Shown piece by piece: positions 18,419-27,599 of a DNA stretch of 64,000 bases. Each line of letters starts with the position of its first letter. Within the stretch, counting starts at the first letter, position 1. A program made the position numbers and the translations under genes. Below the pieces are notes generated by a model that was given only the letters and a program-made list of their open reading frames with translations, searched no databases and had not been told where the DNA came from. The stretch spans positions 29,631 through 93,630 of the forward strand of contig CAINYB010000006.1 in NCBI GenBank assembly GCA_903855135.1. Reading direction: 5' to 3'. The stretch comes from an uncultured bacterium. Lineage in GTDB: Bacteria > Patescibacteriota > Patescibacteriia > UBA1558 > GWA2-36-10.

Positions 18419-20071
18419 TTACTCTTTATTTTGTTTAACACCAAATAGCCACAATTTATTTTCTAACTTTTGGGTGACTAATAAACGTAAAAATGTACGA
18501 GTGACGGTAATAGCTGTAAACATAGAAACCAAGATACCAAGTGCCAAAGTAATAGCAAAACCCTTGACCACCGAAGTACCGAACCAAGCTAAAACCAAAC
18601 AAGTAATAATCGAGGAAACATTTGAGTCACGGATAGAAGTCCAAGCACGAGCAAAACCATTTTCAATCGCCATAGTTAAACTCTGACCAGCGCGTAGCTC
18701 TTCTTTGGTACGTTCAAAAATCAACACATTGGCATCCACGGCCATACCAATAGAAAGAATAAAGCCAGCAATACCAGCTAAAGTCATCGTGACCGGAATA
18801 GCTTCAAAAATAGCCAAAGAAACAATAGCGTAAATCAATAAAGCAAAGACTGATAACAAGCCTGGGAAACGATAGAATACTAACATGAAGATAGCAGCGG
18901 CTAACAAACCGATGATACCAGCAGCCAAACTCTTTTGGACTGAATCAGCGCCTAAAGAAGCACCGATAGTTTGTTGACTTAATAATTTGATAGGCACAGG
19001 AAGTGCACCAGAATTCAAACGTCTGACCATGTCTTTAGCTTCTTTGACAGTGAAATTACCAGAAATAACAGCTTTACCATCAGTAATCGCCTCTTGGACA
19101 GTTGGAGCAGAAATAATAAAGCCATCCAAGAAAATAGCTACTGGTTTACCGACATTGGCTTGAGTAATCTGACCAAATAAATCTTTACCAGTTTCATCAA
19201 ACTCTAGTGCTACTAATGGTTGATTGGTATTTTGATCAAAGTCTAAAGCAGCTTTTTTTAAATTTTTACCACCCAAAGCTGTCAAATCCCAAGTGGAACC
19301 AGCTAAATCAGCATTTGGATCTTTGATCAAAATATGAGCAGCGTGTACTTCAGTTTCTCCAGCATCATTTTTACGCTCCTCTATCTTTTTAATAATATGA
19401 AAACCAAACTGGGATTTCACTAAAGTTTTAGAAATCTCGCCAGCTTTTAGCTGATCAAAAATAGCAGCATCAAACTCAGGCACAAAATCTCCACGCTTAG
19501 CCCATGGTAAATCACCACCATTGGTAGCCGTGGATAAATCTTCACTATATTCTTGAGCAAGCTTAGTAAAATCTTCACCTTTTAAAGCTTTATTTAAAAT
19601 ATCTTGAGCTTTAGTTTGTGCATCAGTCAAGGCTTGGTTATCAACTGCTACTGGCTGACCTTGAGTTTTGAATTCTAACAATGGAGTTTCGCCGATCATT
19701 TTGATCGCTTCACTGACATCTTTGACACCAGCCAACTCGACAATGATACGATAATTATCACCACTGTAATTTGTTTGCACATTTGGTTCTGACACACCGT
19801 AGACATTGACACGACGTTCAATCACATCTCTGACGCCTTCAACTGCTTCTTTTTTTTCAACATTTGGGATATTGCTGACATCAGCCTGATAAACCAAGTG
19901 AGTACCACCTTGTAAATCTAAACCTAAATGAACTTTAAAGCGACTAAACCAAGCAACTCCATTTGGCCAAGCAACAAAGCCAGCAAAAGTGGCAACTAAA
20001 ACTATGGCCAAAAAAGTCCAACGAACTTGATTTTTACTTGCGACACGACGAATGGTATTTCTTTTTTCCAT
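18419..20071 (-). CDS. secD: Protein translocase subunit SecD with an inserted parvulin PPIase domain
   Basis: LGLDLQGG, RRVN..GVSEP, GMAVDANVLIFER; insert EDFTKLAQEYSED...GGDL...SQFGFHIIK; likely start ATG 20071. Confidence 0.95.
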   Translation of the reverse strand: MEKRNTIRRVASKNQVRWTFLAIVLVATFAGFVAWPNGVAWFSRFKVHLGLDLQGGTHLVYQADVSNIPNVEKKEAVEGVRDVIERRVNVYGVSEPNVQTNYSGDNYRIIVELAGVKDVSEAIKMIGETPLLEFKTQGQPVAVDNQALTDAQTKAQDILNKALKGEDFTKLAQEYSEDLSTATNGGDLPWAKRGDFVPEFDAAIFDQLKAGEISKTLVKSQFGFHIIKKIEERKNDAGETEVHAAHILIKDPNADLAGSTWDLTALGGKNLKKAALDFDQNTNQPLVALEFDETGKDLFGQITQANVGKPVAIFLDGFIISAPTVQEAITDGKAVISGNFTVKEAKDMVRRLNSGALPVPIKLLSQQTIGASLGADSVQKSLAAGIIGLLAAAIFMLVFYRFPGLLSVFALLIYAIVSLAIFEAIPVTMTLAGIAGFILSIGMAVDANVLIFERTKEELRAGQSLTMAIENGFARAWTSIRDSNVSSIITCLVLAWFGTSVVKGFAITLALGILVSMFTAITVTRTFLRLLVTQKLENKLWLFGVKQNKE

Positions 20072-20136
20072 AAATAAAGTATTTAAATATGACAATATTC
20101 TAGCACAATTAGATATTTTTACAAGTCTTTAATAAG

Positions 20137-20931
20137 CTATTTTTTAATAGCCAAAAACTGAATCGCTGAACCTAAATTTATCCATATTTTAGCTAAATAT
20201 CGATGTTCCCAAGCTAAATACTGATAATAATGCCTCAAAAACAACTTGCTTTCATTTCTCGGTAGATAATCATAAGTATAAAAAGCCTTAATTTCAAAAC
20301 CAACCTTAGCTAAAGTAACCTTTAATTCAGCGGGCACAAAGCTCTCGGCTTCTGGCTCTATTAGCTCAGTCTGCACAGTTTTTTGCTTAACAAAAATGTT
20401 TAAAATACGAGTAAACAATCTAAATAAAAACCAAACATAAAAAAATGGATTCCATAAAGCGCCATAGTTTTTATTTGGCTCACCTAGAACTACAAATTTA
20501 GCACCAGCTTTCAAAACTCGGAAAGCTTCAGTAAAAGTCTTTTCGGTGGCAAAAAAATGATGCAACGAACCATTGATCACTACCAAATCAAAAAAATTAT
20601 CTTCATAAGGCAAATTCACTGACTCACCTAAGCTAAAATTTATCTGCGGATATTTATTTTTCGCAATCTTTAAAACTTCTTCTGATAAATCTACACCGTA
20701 AACATTATCGGTAACTTGTAATAGCTTGGCACTCAAACGTCCAGTACCACAAGCAATGTCTAAACATTTATCAACTTTTTTATGATCAATAAAATTCTGT
20801 AAATTATCAAAATTCCACTGATCAACTATTTTGGCTGATTCAGTTTCGGTATGCCAAGCATCATATTTCTCGGCTGTACTATTATAATAATCTTGTTGAA
20901 TTTGTTTTTTCTCTTGATAAAAATCTTGCAT
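20137..20931 (-). CDS. Class I SAM-dependent methyltransferase
   Basis: LDIACGTG, GVDLS, LPYEDNFFD, LHHF. Confidence 0.9.
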   Translation of the reverse strand: MQDFYQEKKQIQQDYYNSTAEKYDAWHTETESAKIVDQWNFDNLQNFIDHKKVDKCLDIACGTGRLSAKLLQVTDNVYGVDLSEEVLKIAKNKYPQINFSLGESVNLPYEDNFFDLVVINGSLHHFFATEKTFTEAFRVLKAGAKFVVLGEPNKNYGALWNPFFYVWFLFRLFTRILNIFVKQKTVQTELIEPEAESFVPAELKVTLAKVGFEIKAFYTYDYLPRNESKLFLRHYYQYLAWEHRYLAKIWINLGSAIQFLAIKK

Positions 20932-20933
20932 AT

Positions 20934-21623
20934 TTATTTAAAAAATATTGGAATCTCTAAAGCGTCATCATTGGCTGGCAAGCCAGACGGATTGTCTTTT
21001 TGTAAAATGATTGAACCGTTATTTTTATAAGTAGCTTTATCAAAACTAATATTTGCTTCAAAAGGCACAAAGTCTTCTGTCATCCAGTCGCCTTTAGCCT
21101 GCGCTATTCCTTGACCGATGATCAAACCATCCCAATTTACAATAGATATCGGAAAGCTGGCTTCAAAAAACCAATTACCTCTCGCCTCACCTGTGATTTT
21201 AACAGGGCTAGTGATGCTATCGCCAGCATGGACTGACTCTAGCTTGATCAAATCTTTGTGCTCTTCTTCTTGCTTGTTATCAATCGCTATTTCCTCTACA
21301 TAAACCATGTCTTTACCTTGGCATTGACGTGGATATGACTCCATCACCGGGAAGCCAGCTGCTTCACACTCACTAAAATTAGTCACTACTTTATCTTCAT
21401 CTGTTTTCACTTCCCCACAGCCTGTTTTTGGCATTTCCGCACTAGGGCTTCCATGCTTGATCCACTGACTATTTTCACATAACCAAGTATCTTCTTTGGT
21501 AGAAAATTTAAGCGCTAAACCAATAATAAGCAATAAAGCAAAAAAACCTTCTAAGATAAAATAAATGTATTTTTTACATGTACATGCACTGCCATTTTGG
21601 CAATTTTTACATTTTGATATCAT
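20934..21623 (-). CDS. Membrane-anchored Gmad2 Ig-like domain protein
   Basis: TM anchor; FSECEAAGFPVMESYPRQC; G.ARGNWFFEASFP...DWMT...KDNPSG. Confidence 0.75.
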   Translation of the reverse strand: MISKCKNCQNGSACTCKKYIYFILEGFFALLLIIGLALKFSTKEDTWLCENSQWIKHGSPSAEMPKTGCGEVKTDEDKVVTNFSECEAAGFPVMESYPRQCQGKDMVYVEEIAIDNKQEEEHKDLIKLESVHAGDSITSPVKITGEARGNWFFEASFPISIVNWDGLIIGQGIAQAKGDWMTEDFVPFEANISFDKATYKNNGSIILQKDNPSGLPANDDALEIPIFFK

Positions 21624-21637
21624 AAAATTATATATTA

Positions 21638-21666
21638 TTGACTAAAATTACGCTTTATTTTATAAT
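21638..21666 (+). promoter_or_regulatory. Sigma70 promoter of tRNA-Gln
   Basis: TTGACT-17 nt-TATAAT ending 10 nt before the tRNA. Confidence 0.8.
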
Positions 21667-21676
21667 CTCATCATAT

Positions 21677-21750
21677 TCGGGGATCGTCTAATGGTAGGAC
21701 AACAGGTTCTGGTCCTGTTTATTGGGGTTCGAATCCCTATCCCCGAGCCA
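21677..21750 (+). tRNA. tRNA-Gln (anticodon CTG)
   Basis: Acceptor TCGGGGA/TCCCCGA, anticodon arm ACAGG-TTCTGGT-CCTGT, T loop TTCGAAT, encoded CCA. Confidence 0.96.
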
Positions 21751-21788
21751 CTCGACTCCTCCTCGGCTACGCTCGGAGTCGCTCGCGG
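21751..21788. repeat. REP-like element abutting the tRNA CCA end
   Basis: CTCGACTCC...GGAGTCGCTCGCGG hairpin, same architecture as 39364-39394. Confidence 0.6.
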
Positions 21789-21818
21789 TCTGTCGACCAA
21801 ATTCATATAAAATCAATG

Positions 21819-21846
21819 ATCCCCGGCGGATGCCGGGGATTTTATT
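21819..21846 (+). terminator. Hairpin terminator between tRNA-Gln and the convergent gene; 20-nt core repeated at 22895-22914
   Basis: ATCCCCGGC-GGAT-GCCGGGGAT followed by T-rich sequence. Confidence 0.7.
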
Positions 21847-21852
21847 ATTTCT

Positions 21853-22782
21853 TTATTGTTTCAAAATAGGTTTATACAACTCTGGATCTATGGTTCTACT
21901 AAAACAAGTTTTTTCAGCTTTATGATCCCAATTTTGTTGGAAATCTACCATATACATATCATTGTTTATCCTATCATTTTGAGCATTACTTATGGTCTTG
22001 AAGTCAGCACAAAGCTCAAAAGCTAAATCACCAGTGACTTTGTATTCATAGATAGCTTTAGTGTCTGGGTCAGTTGGTACTTTAAAACCAGAAATACTAT
22101 CCTCTAGAGCGCTTAATTGGTTTGGTAAGGTTTGTTTTTGTTGCCAATAATTTAAGACTTCATTTTGAATAGTCTGTAAATTTTGTATTCTTTGTTCATC
22201 AAAACGATAAGCTCTTTGTTTAGTTGGTGTACCGATAATAAAAAATCCTAAAGCCACAGAAGCAATCACCAAAATCGCAGTCACCCAAGCAAAAATCTGA
22301 TTTAATTTTTTATTGGCTTCCTCTCTTTTCAAATCCCAAAGATAATAAGAGAATACTAAACCAGCTACTAACAAGACCACTAGGACTTTAAAGAAAAATT
22401 TAATACTCAAATCACCATCTAAAAAGCGATAAACAAACATGATCAAATCAATAATAATTGTAACAGCAGAAACAAAAAGGGTTAAATAAAGTAACCACTT
22501 TCTGATTTTGATTTCTCTTTTTTCTTTGTTAAGCGAGACATCTTTAGCTAAGATCCAAGCAGTTAACAAATAAAACGGCCAAGCAATAATCAACATCGAG
22601 GTAAATACCCTGACAGCTTGGGCAATACTGTTATAATAAAAAGTCAAAGCATCTGGATACAGGAAGTCAATGTATTGGATATAAAGATTGATAAAACTCA
22701 CGATACTTAAATAAAAAGTCACGATGCCAAATAAATGTAAAAATACATCTTTGGGCGTGCTTTTTAGTGTAGTTTGCTCCAT
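21853..22782 (-). CDS. DUF5671-type membrane protein
   Basis: PKDVFLHL, IRKWLLYLTLF, GTP...R..RFD..R...L..IQ, DP.T...YEY, FELCA.F. Confidence 0.75.
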   Translation of the reverse strand: MEQTTLKSTPKDVFLHLFGIVTFYLSIVSFINLYIQYIDFLYPDALTFYYNSIAQAVRVFTSMLIIAWPFYLLTAWILAKDVSLNKEKREIKIRKWLLYLTLFVSAVTIIIDLIMFVYRFLDGDLSIKFFFKVLVVLLVAGLVFSYYLWDLKREEANKKLNQIFAWVTAILVIASVALGFFIIGTPTKQRAYRFDEQRIQNLQTIQNEVLNYWQQKQTLPNQLSALEDSISGFKVPTDPDTKAIYEYKVTGDLAFELCADFKTISNAQNDRINNDMYMVDFQQNWDHKAEKTCFSRTIDPELYKPILKQ

Positions 22783-22814
22783 ACAATTTTGTTTTAGATT
22801 GATTATTTATTTAG

Positions 22815-22930
22815 TACCCCCTCCTCTTCGAGCCTTGAGGCTCTTCTGAGCCGAAACGGTCGGTCTCCCCCTAAATTGGGGGGAGAAGGCGCGTTCCCCG
22901 GCGGATGCCGGGGAAGCGGCAGAAGGGGTA
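22815..22930. repeat. Composite multi-hairpin REP-like element
   Basis: Outer TACCCC/GGGGTA stem enclosing TCTCCCCCTAAATTGGGGGGAGA and TCCCCGGCGGATGCCGGGGA. Confidence 0.7.
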
Positions 22931-22941
22931 TTTTATATTTT

Positions 22942-24432
22942 TTAAACTACTTCACCACCAAAAACATCAACGGCGAGATCAACATCTTCTTCACTGCGTC
23001 CACGAAAGTTTTGGTGATTAGTAAGATAATTGCTATCAACTTTTAGCTCTATTTTTACGCTTCTTTTCAAAAGTTCATGAACAGCTTGCTTCAAGGCCAA
23101 GATAAACTCTGGTTTATTTATTTGCTCCGCATGAAAAGAATATTCAACACCTAAAAATAATTGCTCTTGATCTAAAGATAAAGGATGAGCGGTTTTTAAA
23201 AATGCTGCCACCGAATTATTTACTTTTTTTAAATTATCAACTATCTGGTCCCAATTATTTTTTAAAACTGCTAAATCTTGCTCTCCACCACTTACAGCTG
23301 CTGCTGGTGTTGACGCTGTGCTAACTTTAGTATTTTCTGCTTCGGTCAATAAAAACTCCACACAAGCCAGCTCAAGCGGTAGCTGATCAATCATCGCATA
23401 GTGACGTTGATTCGTTTTAGTCAAAACAATGTTTAATAAACGATGTAAATCACTTAATTCAAAACCATCGCCTTGATTTTTTAATAAGTCTCTAAAACTA
23501 TCATCAAAATCTCGCAAATAATCAGCCCCTAAGATCTTATAAAGCATAGCGTGACGCAAGTATTCCAGTAAATCAGCGGTCAAAGTCTCTAGATCTACAC
23601 CTTCGTCAATAAGTTTATGGATTTGATTCAAAGCCGTGTTTAAATTACGCATGCGTAAAGCCGCTACAAAATCATCGATTTCTTGCCAATTGTTACGTGG
23701 TAAAACTAGCGAAGCTAATTCATCATCAACTTGGCCATCAGCCAAAGAAATGATTTGACCAAGCAGTGACTCGGCATCACGCAAACAACCATCCGAACGA
23801 CGAGCAATTTGCCAAAGCAAAGTTTCGGCCATGGTCACTTTTTCCCACTCAATAATCTCACTTAATCTTTTGACAATATCCGCACTAGGTATTTTTTTAA
23901 AATCAAATCTTTGACAACGGGAAATAATAGTTTCTGGCACTTTATGAATTTCTGTAGTAGCTAAAATAAAAATAACTTTTTTTGGTGGTTCCTCTAAAGT
24001 TTTTAATAAAGCATTAAAAGCTGGCTTAGAAAGCATGTGGACTTCGTCGATCACAAAAACTTTATAGCTTCCTACTTCAAAAGCTGGGACATAAGAATTG
24101 GCAATGATATTTTCCCGGACATTTTCCACGCCAGTATGAGAAGCGGCATCGATCTCGATAATATCCATGGATTGGTTATTCAAGTTTGCCTGACAATTAT
24201 GACATTCATTACATGGCTCCGTCGAGTTAGCAGTTTTATTTTGACAGTTCAAAGAACGCGCAAAAAGACGGGCCAAAGTAGTTTTGCCCGTACCGCGAGG
24301 TCCAACAAACAAATAAGCATGTGCCAAGTTGCCAGATAAGACTTCATTTTGCAGGGTCACTTTGATCGGTCTTTGTCCAACTACTTCAGCAAATGTTTTC
24401 GGACGATATTTTCGGTAAATGACTTCTGACAT
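22942..24432 (-). CDS. dnaX: DNA polymerase III subunit gamma/tau
   Basis: YRKYRPKTF, GPRGTGKTT, EIDAAS, IDEVHML, LLKTLEEPP, TIISRCQ. Confidence 0.98.
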   Translation of the reverse strand: MSEVIYRKYRPKTFAEVVGQRPIKVTLQNEVLSGNLAHAYLFVGPRGTGKTTLARLFARSLNCQNKTANSTEPCNECHNCQANLNNQSMDIIEIDAASHTGVENVRENIIANSYVPAFEVGSYKVFVIDEVHMLSKPAFNALLKTLEEPPKKVIFILATTEIHKVPETIISRCQRFDFKKIPSADIVKRLSEIIEWEKVTMAETLLWQIARRSDGCLRDAESLLGQIISLADGQVDDELASLVLPRNNWQEIDDFVAALRMRNLNTALNQIHKLIDEGVDLETLTADLLEYLRHAMLYKILGADYLRDFDDSFRDLLKNQGDGFELSDLHRLLNIVLTKTNQRHYAMIDQLPLELACVEFLLTEAENTKVSTASTPAAAVSGGEQDLAVLKNNWDQIVDNLKKVNNSVAAFLKTAHPLSLDQEQLFLGVEYSFHAEQINKPEFILALKQAVHELLKRSVKIELKVDSNYLTNHQNFRGRSEEDVDLAVDVFGGEVV

Positions 24433-24443
24433 TATTTATGTGT

Positions 24444-25040
24444 TTATAAATTAATCTCTAAATCTTGCGGATCACCCGAATGCGGATGAGCATATTTAGC
24501 TTTGATGATATTTTCAACGGCGGCCCATTCAGAATCGCCAGCTTTTGGCGTCAAAATCACTACTTCATCCCCTTCTTCACCCTTAAAGTAAGTAATACTA
24601 GCCAATAAAACTTTAAATACTTTTTCACCAGCCAAAACCACGAAATCTCCACTTTCATTATCTTTGACTAGATGTCCGACTATCCGCTGTCTATCGACGG
24701 GAGAAATTTGTTTAAAAATGAAGGCGCCACTAGGATCGATGGTCAATTTCAACATATCACCTTCAACCAGCTTTGATTTTGAGGCATAATTGGCGGGTAC
24801 AGAATATTGCTTACCATCTGGTCCGATCATGACTTGGCCATTAAAAACACCTTCTATCACCAAGCCTTCATCTGACTGACCTTCAGCACCGAACTCTGCC
24901 GCTTTTAAACTATAGTCAACGGCTGATTTGCCCTTTTTGCCACTTAATTCGCCTAAAATTAGTTTAGTTTTCTTTAGCTCTAGCTCTAAATTGTAGACCA
25001 AAGACTCCAATTCTTTGATTGTTTTTAAATTATTCGCCAT
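24444..25040 (-). CDS. Conserved hypothetical protein (coiled coil plus two AbrB/MraZ-like repeats)
   Basis: Start at ATG 25040 (MANNLK); IEGVFNG..M...DGK.Y.VPANYASKSKLVEGD. Confidence 0.75.
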   Translation of the reverse strand: MANNLKTIKELESLVYNLELELKKTKLILGELSGKKGKSAVDYSLKAAEFGAEGQSDEGLVIEGVFNGQVMIGPDGKQYSVPANYASKSKLVEGDMLKLTIDPSGAFIFKQISPVDRQRIVGHLVKDNESGDFVVLAGEKVFKVLLASITYFKGEEGDEVVILTPKAGDSEWAAVENIIKAKYAHPHSGDPQDLEINL

Positions 25041-25077
25041 TTTTATTTTTATTTTATTTGTATTTAAAGAATAACAT

Positions 25078-25107
25078 AAAAGCAACTCGTTTTCAAGAGC
25101 TGCTTTT
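25078..25107. terminator. Terminator-type hairpin after the 815-aa ATPase
   Basis: AAAAGCAACTC...GAGCTGCTTTT. Confidence 0.5.
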
Positions 25108-25120
25108 GTCTAAAATTTAT

Positions 25121-25145
25121 CCTGCTTCGCCGAATCGAGGCGAGC
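25121..25145. repeat. REP-like GC hairpin CCTGCTTCGCC-GAATCG-AGGCGAGC
   Basis: GC-rich imperfect hairpin abutting the stop codon. Confidence 0.5.
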
Positions 25146-27593
25146 TTAAAAACTAAAACGTTTCTCAATTTCCGCTTCTACACCAGCTCTGTCTTTACCG
25201 TATTTGAGACTAGATAATTCTTTCAAAGCTTGAGCTAATTCAAAGTTTCCTTTTTCCGCCATAATCGGATTAAAGTTAAAAGCCGGAGCAGCCGTGTTAT
25301 CGATCAATAATCTGACGTAACAAGTATATTTGGGCATATTGACCAAATCATATTCCGAAACCACTGGCGCCATTTGTTTAGCAATGATCTCTGCATCTTC
25401 GACACCGATACGATAAGAAATGATGGTACCAACATTACCAAAGATAGCATCTCGTACACGCGTGTCACCATTTTTGACTAGCTGGGCTAAAAACTGATGG
25501 GCCAAGATAAGGTCTAGACGATATTTTCTGGCTTCCGATAAAATAATAGCGATACTATCAGTAATAAAGTTTTGAAACTCATCAATGTATAAATAAAAAT
25601 CTTTGCGTTCATTTTCTGGGATATTCACTCGACTCATAGCCGCAAATAATAGTTTACCGATGACAATCATACCAAGCAAGCTACTATTTATTTCTCCGAT
25701 TTTACCTTTGGATAGATTTAATAAAATTATTTTATTCGTATCCATGGCTTCCCGAAAATTAAAAGCACTTTTACTTTGCGCAATTATCGGACGGATCAAA
25801 TCATTAGCAATAAATGGCGTCAATTTACTAGTGATATAAGGCACCATGTTGGCCAATGATGCTTCACCACCAGCTTTTTGCGCTTCTTTTTCCCAAAAGT
25901 CTTTGACGAAATGATTTTTTACTGTCAGTAATTTTTGTTTTCTAAAATCTTCATCAGCCAAAACTTTAGGGATTTCGAGTAGCGTTGCACCAGAATCTTT
26001 ATCATCCATGATGAGTAACATCGCATTACGCATATATTGCTCAAACATCGGACCACCGGTGGCTTTCAAATCATAGAGTTTGTCAAAGATCGCGATCATT
26101 TCATTGATCACAAAAGTTTTTTGCTCATCAGTGTCATATTCTAGCATGTTCATGCCTAATGGCCGGCTAGAATTTGCTGGATCAAACAAAATCACATCTC
26201 CTGCTCTTTCTTTCGGAATATGTGCTAAAACTGACTCGATGCTATCACCATGTGGATCAATCACGCAGACACCTTTGCCGGCTTTGATATCCTGGATAAT
26301 CAAACTTTCTTGTAAAACTGATTTACCCACACCAGTCTGACCGATGATGTACATATGTCGACGACGATCAGCATCTTTGATACGCACGAGAGTCTCTGCA
26401 CCTCTAAAAGAGCTCTTGCCTAAAACTAAGCCTTCTGTAGCCATATTTTGTGGTGGCGCTGCTTTACTGGCCTCTAGCCAGGCAATGCGTGGTGTTTCAG
26501 TCGTAGGCAAAGGCAAATGAACCATTGAGATCATTTCTTCTGCATTGAGCAAAATACGAATATTAGTATCATAATGACGATAAATAAAATCTTTGATTAA
26601 TTTGTCTGGATTTTTTGGTAATAAAGCTTTAAAAACATTACCAAATTCATAAATATTATATTGGGCATAGCTATTTAAGATGTCAGCCAAAATAGCATTT
26701 GACCTTTCTTTACTTGGGCTTGAACAAATCACTCTGATATTGACATCTAGTCCGGGCTTAGAGCTTTTTTCTTGCAACATCTTGCCAGCTTCTTGTTCCA
26801 TGGCTGAAGTCTGATGTTTATCTTTATCTCCTAAAACACCTTGATCATTATCTTTTTTGGTAGAAAAAAAACTTAATAAAAAACTAAAAGCTTTACCTAA
26901 AAAATTTAAAACACCGGTTCCATAACTTTCAGTAATCGCTGCTTTAAAAGTCATGCCTTTGGCCATATTAGCTACTATTTTGTGAGCACGATCATGCCAT
27001 TTTTTTGGTGCAGATTTAAAGACATATTGCACTGCAGCTGATTCATGTTCATTTAGCTTACTTAAAGCATTGGTGATACTTTCCAAAGGATCATTGTCAA
27101 AACTTTTGTAAGTTTTGACTGGTAAAGCGATATCACTCTGTATTTTTAAAACACCAGCTTTTATCACACTATTTGCTTCAAAAATATTATAATCAGATAT
27201 TTCTTCAAAATATACTTTTGGATAAACAGTCTGTATTTGTTGAACAAAAAAGGTTTTATATTTTGGTGGCATCGCAGCGTAAAAATTTATCTCTGTAGAA
27301 GTAGCAACTATTTCTAAAGAAAAAACTTCACTTAGTTTAAACCAAGATTTTTCTGCTTTTAAACCAGCTAAAGAATAAAAAAAATTTTCTACTTGTCCCA
27401 AACTAGAGATGATAAAATCTTTTGTTAGCTGTTCTCTTTCACTTTTGGTGTAGCGCGGTATCTTAATCAAAATAATGTCTAAAGATAAATCTTTATTTAT
27501 TCTTTTTTTATACCAAACAAATAAAAACAAGGCAATTAAACAAAAAACAACCAATATAGCTACTAGTAAAATTGTCTGAATATCAATAGTCAT
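25146..27593 (-). CDS. Membrane-anchored VirD4/TraG-like coupling ATPase (partner domain fused to ATPase)
   Basis: N-terminal TM; FSLEIV, DPL, MISMVHLP; DRRRHMYIIGQTGVGKS, IDPHGD, YIDEFQNF. Confidence 0.9.
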   Translation of the reverse strand: MTIDIQTILLVAILVVFCLIALFLFVWYKKRINKDLSLDIILIKIPRYTKSEREQLTKDFIISSLGQVENFFYSLAGLKAEKSWFKLSEVFSLEIVATSTEINFYAAMPPKYKTFFVQQIQTVYPKVYFEEISDYNIFEANSVIKAGVLKIQSDIALPVKTYKSFDNDPLESITNALSKLNEHESAAVQYVFKSAPKKWHDRAHKIVANMAKGMTFKAAITESYGTGVLNFLGKAFSFLLSFFSTKKDNDQGVLGDKDKHQTSAMEQEAGKMLQEKSSKPGLDVNIRVICSSPSKERSNAILADILNSYAQYNIYEFGNVFKALLPKNPDKLIKDFIYRHYDTNIRILLNAEEMISMVHLPLPTTETPRIAWLEASKAAPPQNMATEGLVLGKSSFRGAETLVRIKDADRRRHMYIIGQTGVGKSVLQESLIIQDIKAGKGVCVIDPHGDSIESVLAHIPKERAGDVILFDPANSSRPLGMNMLEYDTDEQKTFVINEMIAIFDKLYDLKATGGPMFEQYMRNAMLLIMDDKDSGATLLEIPKVLADEDFRKQKLLTVKNHFVKDFWEKEAQKAGGEASLANMVPYITSKLTPFIANDLIRPIIAQSKSAFNFREAMDTNKIILLNLSKGKIGEINSSLLGMIVIGKLLFAAMSRVNIPENERKDFYLYIDEFQNFITDSIAIILSEARKYRLDLILAHQFLAQLVKNGDTRVRDAIFGNVGTIISYRIGVEDAEIIAKQMAPVVSEYDLVNMPKYTCYVRLLIDNTAAPAFNFNPIMAEKGNFELAQALKELSSLKYGKDRAGVEAEIEKRFSF

Positions 27594-27599
27594 AATAAT

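Noticed and set aside
21722-21925. 67-aa plus-strand ORF
   Set aside because: It starts inside the tRNA T-arm and runs through repeat and terminator sequence.
21677-22930. Prophage or integrative island at tRNA-Gln
   Set aside because: No integrase and no duplicated tRNA 3' end in the window.
22815-25145. SRP RNA (ffs) near dnaX
   Set aside because: The GC-rich segments lack the conserved SRP domain IV CAGG-GNRA-AGCA motif.
13599-26370. Diversity-generating retroelement TR/VR pair
   Set aside because: The similar segments lie in conserved motifs of two paralogs, mismatches are not adenine-specific, and no reverse transcriptase is present.
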